In this document: in pieces, positions 52,192 to 64,000 of the stretch
Layout: every line of letters begins with the position of its first letter
How positions within the stretch are numbered: position 1 is the first letter of the stretch
NCBI GenBank assembly: GCA_030704615.1
Contig: CM060733.1
Location: 29,450,001-29,514,000, forward strand
Length of the DNA: 64,000 nt
Direction of reading: 5' to 3'
From: Takakia lepidozioides
Lineage: Eukaryota; Plantae; Bryophyta
The notes under the pieces: model-generated
What the model saw: only the letters and a program-made list of their open reading frames with translations
Told to the model about the DNA's origin: nothing
Database searches by the model: none
Made by a program: the position numbers and the translations under genes

Positions 52192-53756
52192 ATTCCGAGT
52201 AAATGATAGTAAATATTCGCGACCTACTGTGGACACAGTTTACTACTTAATATTGATTGTGAAGACCATGGAATTTCAGTCTTCTTCTGATATTCTTCTG
52301 CATTGCATGGAAATTGTTATATTGCCAATCCATATGCAATTGTCAATGGATTCATTGTTCCTTTATGTCTGTCGATTTTTTTCAGAACCACGCGTGATCA
52401 CGCGTTTTTTCAACTCAAATTTCTTACTTTGTTGACATATATTTCATTTGCAGGTATGCCCATATCAATATGTTCTCCACGCCACAAATACATCTCCAAT
52501 TGGCGAAACATGTTCGTCTGATATTGTTGACGATGTAGAAATGATCAGGCCAGAAGCTTTCCAAGGACCGGACAACTTGTTGTCTACTCAGACATCCATT
52601 GTTGTTATGGAGAGTGATCCCATCAGTGTTCCGGATATTGTTTCGAGGCTCAAAATGTCAAAAGGTGAATCCACAGTTAGCAGGGTCGATGATTTAACTG
52701 GGGTTGGCTGCATAGTGGAAAACGACTCTCAATATCTTGGGGAATCCTCTTTGGAGCCGTCCTTATCCCAACAATTTCCACCAGATGCTGTCACGGGGCA
52801 TCTACATGAGTCTACCGAATAACAGGTTCCATTGGTTGCAACTGTCGCTGAACTGCCTCCTTATCATGTCGTAATTCCAAGCGGGTCACCGGATCACGAG
52901 GGCTGGACACCTCAGCTGCTGAGAAGTCAGGTGATTTAATTCTATTTCATCCATGCGTTTTTTTGTTACCGTGTTTCTGTTCATCCTCCAATTTTCTTTC
53001 ATTACTCAAGGCTAGGAAAGCTGTAACGTATGACCTTCTTGTGAAGCGACAACTTCTGTGGGGTTGTATTCTAAGGTAATCATTTTTTTTCCGTTTGAAT
53101 TCGGTTCAGTATGTGCAGAAAGAAAGAAACCGAATTCCATTGTCAAACGTCAACGAGAAGGTTATTGAACTCACTCATTCGCCGACTGAGGTCAGCACAC
53201 CGACGAGACCGGCAAATACTTCTGCACATCTCCAACCCCCCATAATTTCGGATGGTCCTATGTCAAGGAAACGTTACAGATCACAGCAGTCAGCGGTGGT
53301 CGTGTCCGACGATGAAAAAACGGCATCTGGCGTTCTGTTATCCCTTCAACATTCGCTTGCCTCCAGTGGTAACCCGCCTCAGAATCGAAGGATAAATCTA
53401 GCAAAAGTAATAAGTATCTCCTTCACTTGGTCCTCTGTCTTATTGATTCTGGCTTTCCAGTAATCTTTACATATATCATTTACATTGTTGACACAACTTG
53501 ACACAAAAGAACCTCGCGCGATCGCGCGTGGTTGCAGGAAACTCAGAGACTCCTGATTGTGCTTGTTTGTCTCAAGTTACAATTGGGTGTCGTAATGCTG
53601 AGTTAGGACCTCATTCACAAAATATTACATTTGAATATCAGGGTATAAAAACTAGGTAAACCACAAAACGCAAGTATGTCGTAGCATTTTTTGAGTTGCA
53701 AGATATACTGGAAATACTTAATTTTTGGGTCAGATAACAGAAACTAATGGGTTTTT

Positions 53757-54515
53757 TTGGATGGTTCAGAACGTTGTTACTCAAGAACTGTGTGGTGTCG
53801 GAAACACAAGCACATGTTGTTGGTACTGAGTGTCAATGGACTTCTTTGCTACATGCCACCTCGTACCGGAGGTGAGTTGTTTAAACAAAGGTTCCACTTG
53901 AGGAAAGTAACAATTCGGGTGCCCGCAAGACCATTTGTGGTTCTAAGACCTGGAGTGCTGGAGTTTCTTCGACTTACATTGACTCATTTTCATGTAGTGA
54001 TTTGGTCTTGTTTTGAGAGGGATACTGTATTCAAGATGTTGGAGTGTTTCGTTTCTTCGGAAATTATGAAACAATTTCGTTTCATATGGTCTGCCGAGCA
54101 TTGCACAGATACAGCTGAACATATTAAGCCTGGAATGAAATATCTTATTAAAGATATTAAGAGTATTCTCGTAAAATTTAGTAGGAAAGAATTTGCTAGG
54201 CAGGGGCAAATTCTACTGGTCGACGATGACCCATCCAAGGCACTTCGAAACTCAGTGAATACTGGAGTCTTCCCGATCACATTCAAGGAATCTAGCAATT
54301 TGGAGGATTTGGTTGACCTCAGCAAAACATTGTGGCCTTTTCTCTCGGGCTTGATTGGAGCCCAGTCCGTTGTTGATTATGTCGGCAAGAATTCCTGCAT
54401 ATCTTCAGGCCCACCGATAGATCGAAATCACGTCTACTGGTCCTGGTTTGGAAGATTTATTGATGCTTCTGTTTGGCACCCACCTCAAAAAGATTCTGAT
54501 TATCTGGGTATGTAG
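53757..54515 (+). CDS. FCP1/NIF (HAD-family) domain, copy 3; open 252-aa frame with the first catalytic Asp replaced
   Basis: LLVLSVNGLLC ... LRPGVLEFL....FHVVIWS ... FIWSAEHC ... IKDIK ... ILLVDDDPSKALRN...VFP.TF. Confidence 0.8.
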   Translation: MDGSERCYSRTVWCRKHKHMLLVLSVNGLLCYMPPRTGGELFKQRFHLRKVTIRVPARPFVVLRPGVLEFLRLTLTHFHVVIWSCFERDTVFKMLECFVSSEIMKQFRFIWSAEHCTDTAEHIKPGMKYLIKDIKSILVKFSRKEFARQGQILLVDDDPSKALRNSVNTGVFPITFKESSNLEDLVDLSKTLWPFLSGLIGAQSVVDYVGKNSCISSGPPIDRNHVYWSWFGRFIDASVWHPPQKDSDYLGM

Positions 54516-54519
54516 TTTA

Positions 54520-55210
54520 GGGTATTTGCAGGATTGGGTGTCTCAGTTTTTGAGTAACATGGCAGTTTTTGCAGTGACCTCCCTCCATGGTTTTACCCAT
54601 AGTTGTCCAACAACTCAATATTTCATCTAAATTTATATGGTGTAGGGTTTCTAACTACAATAGGTATGTGTACCAATTGTTAGATTGCAAAAACAATCAT
54701 GTACCAGAAAGCCATGGACTTTTAAAGTTGATTACTACAAGTGCAGATGTTACACATAAAATCTTATGGACTGAAAAAATATCATGTACACTCATACAAT
54801 GCCACAAAGGAAAACACGCTAGGGGTGCCATTTTTAAATCCAACCCAAATCCACTTTTATATGGACTAGTTATCTTAGGAATTGAGAGCTATGGATTATT
54901 TTATACCTAAAAACAGGTTGATTTGCTCTAGTCCATAGCATCTTATATTTTGGATTTTTGAGGTGTCGTTTTTTACTAAAAAGACATACAAACCTATACT
55001 CTAGAGATGCCAGATGGTATATGGACAAGTAGTTATAAACTCTAGATTTTGACGTCTAAATATTTTTTTTAATTAAAGATTAAAATATCTAATAAAGAAT
55101 GTTTTTAATATTTGAGGAAGGACGCTTTACTAAAAATGTTATATATGCTACTATCTATTTTTTTTTTAAAATAAACTGAAAGCAATAGACTCAAAAAAAT
55201 AAAATTCCAT
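54520..55210. mobile_element. Partial copy of the GGG-ended MITE family (left end only)
   Basis: Starts GGGTATTTGCAGG. Interior is inversely similar to 48620-48890 and 4120-4220. Right TIR not found. Confidence 0.55.
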
Positions 55211-57119
55211 GTACTTCCAATGGAACAAGCAATCAAAACAATCAAAACAAGCAATCATTCGCTCAAACAAGCAAACAATCAAGCAAGCAATCAATCAAGC
55301 ATGCAACTTCTACCTTCCTGCAATCTCTGCAGCCCATGGAGGAATCCCTCATTGCATGCACGAAGAAGACGGGAAATTTTTTTACCTGCTTGATGCCATT
55401 TCAGGCAAGGATCCTCCCTTCAGGGCTGGATGAGCTCTCTCACTCGGGTGCGCACAACAGCTTCCGGGATAACGTACTCTCTTGCTTTGCCCTCCTTTCA
55501 CTCCGTCACACTCCCCCACACACGGTGAATCGCTCAAACCCACTCATACTCACTCCAATTCACGCTCCCTCAATCTTTCACTCTCTCGCTTCCTCGATCT
55601 CCACCTCTCTGCCTCCCTCGCTCTGTCGTTCTCTCTCGCACCTCTTCCCTAAGTCCAAAATTGAGCAGGGCTTCCGCTGTCTCAAATGAATGCAAAAAGA
55701 GTCTCCTTTCGGTCACTCCTCCTTATATGCCTTACCACCTCTGATCTCAACCGTCGGCGTTATGTCGTATCCGACGGTTTGTGGCCGCGATGCATGGATG
55801 AATGAAAAGGCGGGATGTTTGTCCCACCGGTTTGCTGAGGATCCCAGGTTATGCAGGTACAATCAATGACTGTCAGTAATGAATGGACTCCACTAGTTTG
55901 TCCAGAGCGATACGGCGCGACAATCCGACGTCTTTATAAAGTGAACTCCCTGGAATGATTGCGGGTTCCCGTAACGGCGCTCATCCATGAGGGGAGTTGA
56001 ATCATCCACTAGGGCAGTCATCTCATCCAGTATACGTCTGTTTCATCCGCGTATGCTCTTATTTCATCCAATGATAAATTATTTTTCATAGGTTCAATAA
56101 TGAGGTGTCGGGACGTGCATCTGGGATTTGATCATTCTCACGTTTTCTACCTACAGCTCATCTACGGCCCCACATTCATTGCGGCTACTTAATGTCATCC
56201 TGGCATAGATGGCCGCCGGCTAATCACAATGGCCTTAAGAGGCGGCCACTTTCGTCGCCGACTATTCCTTCTCTTGCATCATTAATTCAATATTGGATTT
56301 GTTGCTTCTCTGGTGCTTTGGATGTCAGATTCCAGAACTCGAATCGGTTAGTTATTCGCAGTGGCCGCAATAACTTATGGACCCCTTAATGTTCGGAGGA
56401 TTTCCTACTTGAATTTCTGCTCAAGAGGACACAAAATAGCCACTAGATTACACGAAAGAGCATATCAAGGGCGACATGTGTCGATCCATGACACTCCAAA
56501 CACACCTCTGTAATGTGAACACGTCGACCTCAGACTGTTTGACAATCCGTATAAGAGCTTGCCCTGTGCACGCATGCCATTTTTTTCCCTCTCAGTTGCT
56601 CTGGCTCGCTGATCTTCAGGACTGTCTGTCTTATATTCATTATTCCCTTCGTACTCCTGTCAATATTGAGAGCCTCTACACTTCATCTGGGTTTCTCTTC
56701 TGTCTCTCTGCTCTTCTGTTTCCATCCACTGTCCGCAAAGATCTTACCTACATACCCGACCATTTTATGTACTTCGAATGATCACTCGCACAACAGCTGT
56801 TTCGTTCATCCATGTTTTCATTTATTCATCCATTTTCTTAGTTGTCATCCAAAACTCGTTTACCATTATTCATCTGTCCTTCATTTCATCCATCTGAACC
56901 ACGTGCGAACGCCCGTCGATATAGTTCTATTTCTGTTATGGAGTCGTAGATAATGTTGTACATTCGGGTCGTAGCTTTAGCAGATCATTTTAATTTTTAC
57001 AAATTTTTATTTCGACCAATACAGACCTACATTCTACATTCTAGTACATAATCTGAGAGTCCGAGTTCTATTTTCAATTCCTAAATCATTATAACTCTAA
57101 ACGCGGGCGATCGCGCGAG

Positions 57120-57350
57120 CACTACAACAAATGGGGGGGTTTTGCGACGCCAGCCGCGCCCCCACGCCCCGCGCGGCACTAATCCCGCGACGTTTTTTTG
57201 CGACGCCCCGACGTCGCAACCTCCCGCTGCGACACCATTACGACGCCCAGCCGTCGCAAGGTGGCATGAAGGGGGAAAGAGGGCCCTCGCTGCGACGGAT
57301 TTTTCTTTCTTGTGACGCCCTGACGTCGCAAATCAAAAAAAATAAAATGG
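57120..57350. mobile_element. Truncated CACTA terminus, same family as 8490-9796
   Basis: CACTACAACAAATGGGGGGG followed by TGCGAC/GTCGCA subterminal repeats; no partner end found in the window. Confidence 0.85.
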
Positions 57351-57791
57351 ACGTAAGGTTGTACAAATTTGGAGGTCACAAGTGCTATTACTCTTTAGGT
57401 ACCTTTATTTTTTTTCTTTTTCTTTGAGTACCTTCTATTCTGACCAAATAGGGATATGATGGTTAGTCATTCTTCTTTGGGTAAGGTTATTGTTGCACCC
57501 AGAAAAATTGATTTGACACCTCTAAAAACCGTGGCGGTATATGTGTGCACCACAAATGGGTAATGTACCACAATCATAGGGAGCTTTTACAATGTGCAAT
57601 TACAGTGCTTTTGAGAAAAACATGTAATCCTTCTGGGGGAATTCATATTTGGAAGCCCTGCTGATGCTAACAAAGCCACAAAATAACCAGGTCTTTACAT
57701 GACTCATAGAGCTCGTCAACTCTTAAATGCACACATCTGGTTAGAAATACTCGAGATGAATCTTTGTCTCATCTTGTCGATTCTTGATGCA

Positions 57792-58237
57792 GGATATTAT
57801 TACGGGGGGCACTTCAACACATCAGCAACAATCATAGAATGGGCGCTCACACATCTCTTGCGACATCCCAATGCAATGAAGATAGTTCAAGAAGAATTGG
57901 ATGACGTGATTGGGTGTGATAGGTTGGTGGATGAAGCCGACATTCCTCGGCTCCCTTACTTCAGGCAGTTGTGAAGGAGATCCTACATATCAGCCCTACA
58001 ACTCCTTTAATACCGTGTGAGAGCATTAAAGCTTGTCAAATAGCAGGATACCATATTCCTCTGAAGACACTGACGATGATAAATGTATGGGCTATTCATC
58101 ACAACGCATCTGCTTTGGCAGTGCTGGGCAGAAGCCTCATGAATTCATTCCGGAGAGGTTTGATAACAATAATATGGATGTGAAAGGCCAAGACTTCGAG
58201 CTCTTGCCATTTGGATCAGGCCGACGAGGTTGCCCCT
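57792..58237 (+). pseudogene. Cytochrome P450 (CYP71-clan-like) last-exon fragment
   Basis: I-helix region ..TSATIIEWAL..LLRHP, KEILH (decayed ExxR), NVWAI, FIPERF and heme motif [10 protein letters not shown]. Frameshifts; truncated right after the heme Cys. Confidence 0.9.
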
Positions 58238-58257
58238 CCAAAGTGGATTGGACTGTA

Positions 58258-58365
58258 CAATGGACCCTCCAACGGACTTTGCAGCATGGATGGACCCTCC
58301 GACAGACTCTCTAGAACAGACTAGACTATCCTATGGACCCTCCGGCGGACCTGGTGGATGGACGC
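58258..58365. repeat. Short ATGGACCCTCC repeats at the point where the P450 is truncated
   Basis: Three copies at about 58260, 58290 and 58333. Confidence 0.55.
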
Positions 58366-59076
58366 CGGGCTTATGAGGGCTTATGAGGTGACCCCATGGG
58401 CCATACTAGCGGCCCAGAGGCGCATTGAAGACGCTATTATCTTAAAATAAGAGGCATTTTCAGCTCAATGATCTTGTTTTAATTCTCATAGAAGCGTTTA
58501 ACAGTCTGAAATCTATGACGGTTAACTTTTTAACCACATCCGGTCCAGATACAACTCCACCCATAATGGTTGTTCGGACTGTCAACCCTCTATGTTTTCC
58601 AGCATGTAACACTACAATGGTGGCTGTGCGGAAAAAGAGATCAACATACACGTCAGCTAGAAGTAAACACAGATACAATTACCATTCTTTGATGGCGCTT
58701 CAACTAGCTTCGCAATAGCACTTGCGGCAAAGGAAGTGATGGGATCACTGAGAATGGCAAGTCTGCAGGTTATATGAGTTTTCTACAAGTTTCCAGATCA
58801 GTCGAGGTAACTCCTGAAGCTACATTCCAGGATTCACAAGTTGTCTTGACAAATTGAAGTACAATCAACTAGAACTACCACCACACTGTAAATTTAGGAT
58901 TTGACTTATAAAGCACGTAACTACAATAATATATGATCAGTGGCAGCTGAGTGCAGGGTGTCGACGGTATCTCGTCGAGATCATACTGTTGCTCCCATGC
59001 TCGCCCATACTGTGATTTGCGACTAAGATTTGCGACCCATCCTTCACGACTCTCCACAGCTCGAGCGTGCAGGAGG

Positions 59077-59589
59077 TTACGGTAGGGGACGAGGATTCCA
59101 CCTGAGTGAATAGTAATCAGCAGCAGGCACGACGCACACTAGAGCAAGTTCAGAACCTTCATCTTTCCAAAACTGCAGTTCCATATAAGTACCAGGAATT
59201 GTACAGTCGCCGTTTCCTACTAACTGAGGATCCGGATGCGTCTTTCTCCAGGTCGCTTCATCAGTGTGACTGGCCCACAGCGGCTTATTATCTCCACCAT
59301 ACACCACCAAGTTTCCATCCTCTTGGAGCGTCAGACGGCAATTGGAACTTCTGGACGCAGTCCCAGCTTTCCAGAGGATTTCCTCTCCATATAGATCAGT
59401 GTAAGTTAGAACGAAATCGCAATCCGTACTCATCCCCGCCAGGTAGTCGATATCATTGTTCGGCGTTATGTAATCTCCCTCGTAAAGGGACTCTCCCACA
59501 TGCAACCAATGACCCAAACCTACAACCAACGCTGGAAGCGTGCAGAATGCCATCAACAGGACCACTGCAAACAACCCAGCTTTGCCCAT
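59077..59589 (-). CDS. Secreted bulb-type (GNA-like) mannose-binding lectin, 170 aa, intronless
   Basis: Signal peptide MGKAGLFAVVLLMAFCTLPALVVG; L.VGESL..G; ILW.AGT..C.LTLQEDGNLVVY...PLWASHT (QxDxNxVxY motif). Confidence 0.88.
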   Translation of the reverse strand: MGKAGLFAVVLLMAFCTLPALVVGLGHWLHVGESLYEGDYITPNNDIDYLAGMSTDCDFVLTYTDLYGEEILWKAGTASRSSNCRLTLQEDGNLVVYGGDNKPLWASHTDEATWRKTHPDPQLVGNGDCTIPGTYMELQFWKDEGSELALVCVVPAADYYSLRWNPRPLP

Positions 59590-59749
59590 CTCTCTGATCT
59601 TTCGGTGGCTTCAAGCCTAGGATAAGTGGAAAAAGCCCGCTCGAACTAGAAGAAACATGTACTTGGATCTCCATTGCCTAGCTGAAGGTTAAATACAGGG
59701 CACGCAACATTGACTTCCGCCCATCTCGAGGGGGACCGTCAAATCTAAT

Positions 59750-61095
59750 GGAGGGTGCGTGGAGTGCACAATCAAACGTTCCTCTTTTGAAACCGTAGGT
59801 TTGCCAACATCAGAAAAACTCAAGACAATCTGGTGTATGCTTTCGGATGGCAGGTGGATGTTCCTCTTATAGATTCCCATTGGCACGGGTAAGACAAACA
59901 GATGAATCACTAGTAAAACCGACTCCATTATGGCTCTGTAACCAATTTTAGTTTGTTGCCGCTCTCTTAAAACTCTCTTCTGCCGTTTGAACTTTTGGCT
60001 GATCTTGGGGATGCTTCCGGTAAACATCTGTCACCCATCCATGGATGTAAGGCTACTGTTGTGGTGATTTTTTCCAAGAGTCTGTGGGGCGCCTATGATT
60101 CGATGTAGCTCCTTATTCCTCGTTGACGAATGTGCAGGAGAGTGAGGGAGGAGGGAACTGAGGTTGGATGGAGATAATATTAGCTTAGGATTTTGTCTTA
60201 CTAGAGGGCGCACTACCACCTGAGCCTCTCTTCTTCTATAAGGGTTTAACCGGTTCACGCTGTTTCTACCCTGGTATCTAGGTCGTGGAAATCAAGATGA
60301 CGTTGTTGTCTTGGGCTGCAATTTGCATATACGAACACTACATTATCATTTGACAGTTGGGTCGGGGAATGACGAATTGCCACATGGGATTTCAGACCAG
60401 ACATGGATGAGTGCACTTTACAAGTTTTCCATTTCCTTGACAAGATTTTTGAGGCATCATCTTTCAGGTGCGGGGTTAGAGCCCCTGTGAAATACTCTCC
60501 AAGTCAGCTGTCCGTCTGCAAAAGTTTGATTTCCCATGAGCTGGAAAAATGACCTTGGCCCCATGCCTAGTTTTGGATGTTCTTACAAATTAGACACGGT
60601 GTTTGTTGCCCATGGGAAACCTGAAGTGGTTGCCCTTTAGCCCGAGATGCCACCAAGCGCTTGTGTCACATGATCTTCACCGGTGTCTACTGCAAAGAAG
60701 GATTAATGTGATGCCTCAAGGTGGGAATGGAAGGTGGCGTAAACAATGGACAAGCTTGGTATCAGTTCCTGTTCAAGAATCAAGTATCGATAGGGGGTTA
60801 GGCGCATCGACACCTGGCCGAAATGCTTTCCATAAAACTTGTGTGCAATCTCAATGTTCAAATGAAGTAACGGTGTTGAAGGGACAGTCAAATGGCCAGG
60901 AATTGAAGTGGGCGCCAGCTAGAAACTTCAGGACTCATGCTTGCGGTCTGAGGTCTTCCATAGCTCTTGTACGCGATGCTAGTGATGGGAAAGCGCGGGG
61001 AATCTCCGAGGAACTTGAAGCGCACCAGCTGATTCGTGAAAGTGCAGAGAGAGACAGAGGTTCTCTTCCCTTTCACAAGGATTCAAACTCTTTTA
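59750..61095 (-). mobile_element. Highly degenerate L1-like RT remnant
   Basis: Weak motifs only (SSWRPL; LDFHDL..RV). Confidence 0.35.
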
Positions 61096-61389
61096 AGTGC
61101 TAAGCGAAAAAAAATCCCTTCTGAATCAGAGCCTGACTGCAAAGTTGGACATTGAAAACATTTGTTTCAAGTTGTGGGTAATGTATGTCCTGCATAATGG
61201 TCAGGTAGGTTACTGCTTGGAGACCCTTTTTTTGTGTCAGTAGGGAGTAGGTACTGATTGATTGTACCCTGCGAGTGTTAGCCAAGACATACCCTTGGGG
61301 GCACAGTCTCCTTCGGAGACTGACTCTGCCAGAGCCCATTGGAGTTGAGGGTAGTAAACTCAACCTAATAAAGAGCCAATATAGATGCA

Positions 61390-61985
61390 TAGTAGAAAGA
61401 AGGTACTCTTGAGACGTTGTTAGCCCTTGCCTTGGGGCCATTGACCCAGCGCCCAGTTTGAGCGGAACACAAAGGGACAGAAACTACCTTTGTCCTTTGT
61501 CGGGCTGACGCCTGTAGTATGTATGACTTACCTTGAAACAGACAATTGATCCAAGTTTTCCAGATATCCTGTAGAATCTCTTCACAAAAACATCAATCTG
61601 CTGCGTGTGATTTGCCCAATAAATAGACCCCAAAAGGGCCTGGACTTTCGGCTCAGCCTCGAGATTTTCAAAGTTGGTAAACAGAGGTACAGGAACAATT
61701 CCCTTGATGGATTTGAAGGGGGTGTCTCTCTGGTGAGAGTACCCAGGACAATGAATCAGAAAGTGAGATTGTCTTCAGGTTGCCCACACAACGGGCATTT
61801 GCAATCCCCTTTCCTCTCTGCGTCCGTTTGCTGTTCAATGGTAGGCTTCCCGCCCCGAGTTTAAATTTCAGTCTAGTGCCGAGAGTTGGTAAACCCTTGA
61901 GGTCATCCATGATGGCCTCACCCATGTCACAGACTAGAAAGAAGTTCAGGGAAGTTTTCGGCCTAACTTCCATTTCATGCATAGT
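61390..61985 (-). mobile_element. Second, tandem 3'-end copy of the RTE-like LINE
   Basis: Similar to 62000-62540 (GEAIMDDLKGLPT.GTRLKFKLGAGSLPLNSKR and the 3' UTR). Confidence 0.88.
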
Positions 61986-61994
61986 ACAAAGAGA

Positions 61995-64000
61995 CAATTT
62001 ACTCATAAGACGTTATTAGCGGTAGCCTTATGGCCATTGACCCCGTGCCCAGTTGAAGCAGAACAAAAAGGGACATAATCTACCTTTGTCAGGGGCTAAT
62101 GCCGGTAGTATGACTTCTCTTGGAACAGACAATTGATCTGAGTTTTCCAGATATCCTCTAGAAGTCCCTTTCCACAAGCATCAATCTGCTGTGTGTGATT
62201 TGCCCAATAACTAGGCCCCAAAAGGGCCTGAGCTTTTGGCTCAGCCTCAAGATTTTCAAAGTTGGTAAACAGAGGTACAGGCACAAATCCCTTAATGGAT
62301 TTGAAGAGGGTGTCACTCTGGTGAGAGTACCCAGGACAATGAATCAGGAAATGAATATTGTCTTCAGGTTGTCTTTCCTCTTTGCTTCCGTTTGCTGTTC
62401 AAAGGTAGGCTTCCCGCTCCGAGTTTAAATTTCAGTCTAGTGCCGAAAGTGGGTAAACCCTTGAGGTCATCCATGATGGCCTTCCCCATGCCACAGACTG
62501 GAAACAAGTTCAGGGAAGTTTTCTGCGTAACTTCATTTTCATTAGATTCAGATCCTTGAGAATCTCTTCCCCTCTTCCGCCAGGACTTAGCTTGTTTGGC
62601 AGGGCGATCCTGCTTCCAAGATATAGAGCCGATTAACTTAGGATATCTGATATTAGTCATACATTGCAGCTGACCCCACCATCTGACTTTGAATTCATCT
62701 CGTCGGGAGCTTAAGGGAGGGATGCCAAACTCACCCCGAACAGCCAGATTGGCTGTTTTGGAGCATTCTGACATGTACTCCTTAAGCACCCCCACTTGAA
62801 TGGATTCTAGAGACTTAGCCTCGTTGGAATTATCAACCCACACTCCAGATGCGTACTCCAAGGCAGGCCTAATAATGCTTTTCTGACTTCAGAGTTGATC
62901 CCTCTGCAGTGGAAAAATTTAGTGAGACCCAATGCTTTGCGCTTGCCAGATTGAACAACTTTATGAATATGTGCATCCCAATTACAGTTGGAGGAAAACT
63001 CAACGCCAAGGTATGTGGTAGGAAGGGAGGACCGGATCTCGCTTCCCCACTGCCACTTGAGATCGCCTCTGCCCTTCCCTCGGTTGTTGAATGCCACCTC
63101 TGCGCATTTACTGACATTAGCCTCTAGCCCGCAAAGGTCAAAGTATCTCTTCGCACAATCAATCAACTCCTGAAATTTGGGTGGAGTCTCCCCGCAACAT
63201 AAGGGCTGGTATGGTGGCATCACCCACCCCTAACCCAAATCCCTCACTTTCCACATCCTCGAGGAGTTGATTGCTGAAAACATTGAAGAGCAGAGGTGGA
63301 AGAGGGTACATCCTTGAGCTACACCTTGGACTATGTCAAAGAAGTTGGACTTCTGTCCATTAACGGTCTGAGTATACAAGTTATGGACCACTCTCCACAT
63401 CTTCCCCTTGATCCCCGATGACCAGAGCCGGAGACCATCTCTCCACACTGTGTCATAAGCCTTTTTGACATCCAAGAGAGACAAAAGTGGTTTGCCCTTC
63501 AACCTCTAGACTCAAGATCAACCTCGAGACGAGTACTTATAACTCTGCAAAATATCTTGACAACTGCATGGAGAAGCGTGATGCCTCGATAGTTCCCCAG
63601 CTCTTTTCTGTCACCTTTCTTGTATAGATTGACAATGGCCCCTGTCATTTCAGTCCTCCAGATAAGGTTAAAGAGAAGTACAAGGGCCTCTATCATGGGG
63701 TTGTCTCCGTGCTTGATAAGCTCATTGACTATGCCATCAGGTCCACCAGCTCTGTATCCATTTAAATGCTCAATTTCTTCCATAATCTCAGAAGAACTAA
63801 TGGGAGCGTTGTAACCCTTTGAAATATACTCCAGTTCATCAGGGCTGTCTTGAATCATAGGAACAATTTTTTCAACTGTGTCCTTCCATTCTTCAGATGA
63901 CCCTTCACTGTTAGACCTACAATTTCTGCCAAGGATACTGTAGTGGGTTTCAAAGGTTTTGACAATGTCAACCATTGAAGTCACCTCTGCACCCTTAGTA
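61995..64000 (-). mobile_element. APE-type LINE (RTE/RTEX-like) reverse-transcriptase region, degenerate, continuing beyond the window
   Basis: AGGPDGIVNELIK; LYKKGD...GNYRGITLL; LDVKKAYDTVWRDGL; QGVAQGCTL; YLGVEF...WDAHI; EYASGVW; TAN.AVRGEFG. Confidence 0.92.

Overview
Repeat-rich nuclear DNA from an early-diverging land plant, most likely a bryophyte. This is an inference from the spliceosomal introns, the PLS-class PPR gene and the TE types. Host genes: tRNA-Leu(TAA) at the left edge; a multi-exon DUF707 gene (+); a convergent 3-exon gene fusing an OSB-type PDF motif to a 17-repeat PLS-PPR array whose E/E+ tail has decayed (-); a small secreted Cys-rich protein with fungal-effector-like features (+); a bulb-type (GNA) lectin (-); and a P450 pseudogene fragment. 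The rest is nested mobile DNA. It includes an RNaseH+CCHC+RLE (Dualen/RandI-like) LINE relic beside the tRNA, and a 5.5-kb piggyBac element with a TTAT target duplication that holds a CACTA element, which in turn holds a solo LTR. There are also hAT, CACTA, piggyBac and Sola-like MITEs, tRNA-derived SINEs, Gypsy and RTE-like fragments, and a SWIM-transposase tail. The most unusual part is about 32.9-57.1 kb. It is studded with more than 20 copies of GATC-centred 18-26 bp palindromes (CACG-N3-GATC-N3-CGTG), has two tandem arrays, and carries a decayed spliced gene with ParB-like and DNA-methyltransferase-like segments followed by three FCP1/NIF HAD domains. This is a candidate undescribed giant mobile element. 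All domain calls come from motif recognition by eye; no searches were run.
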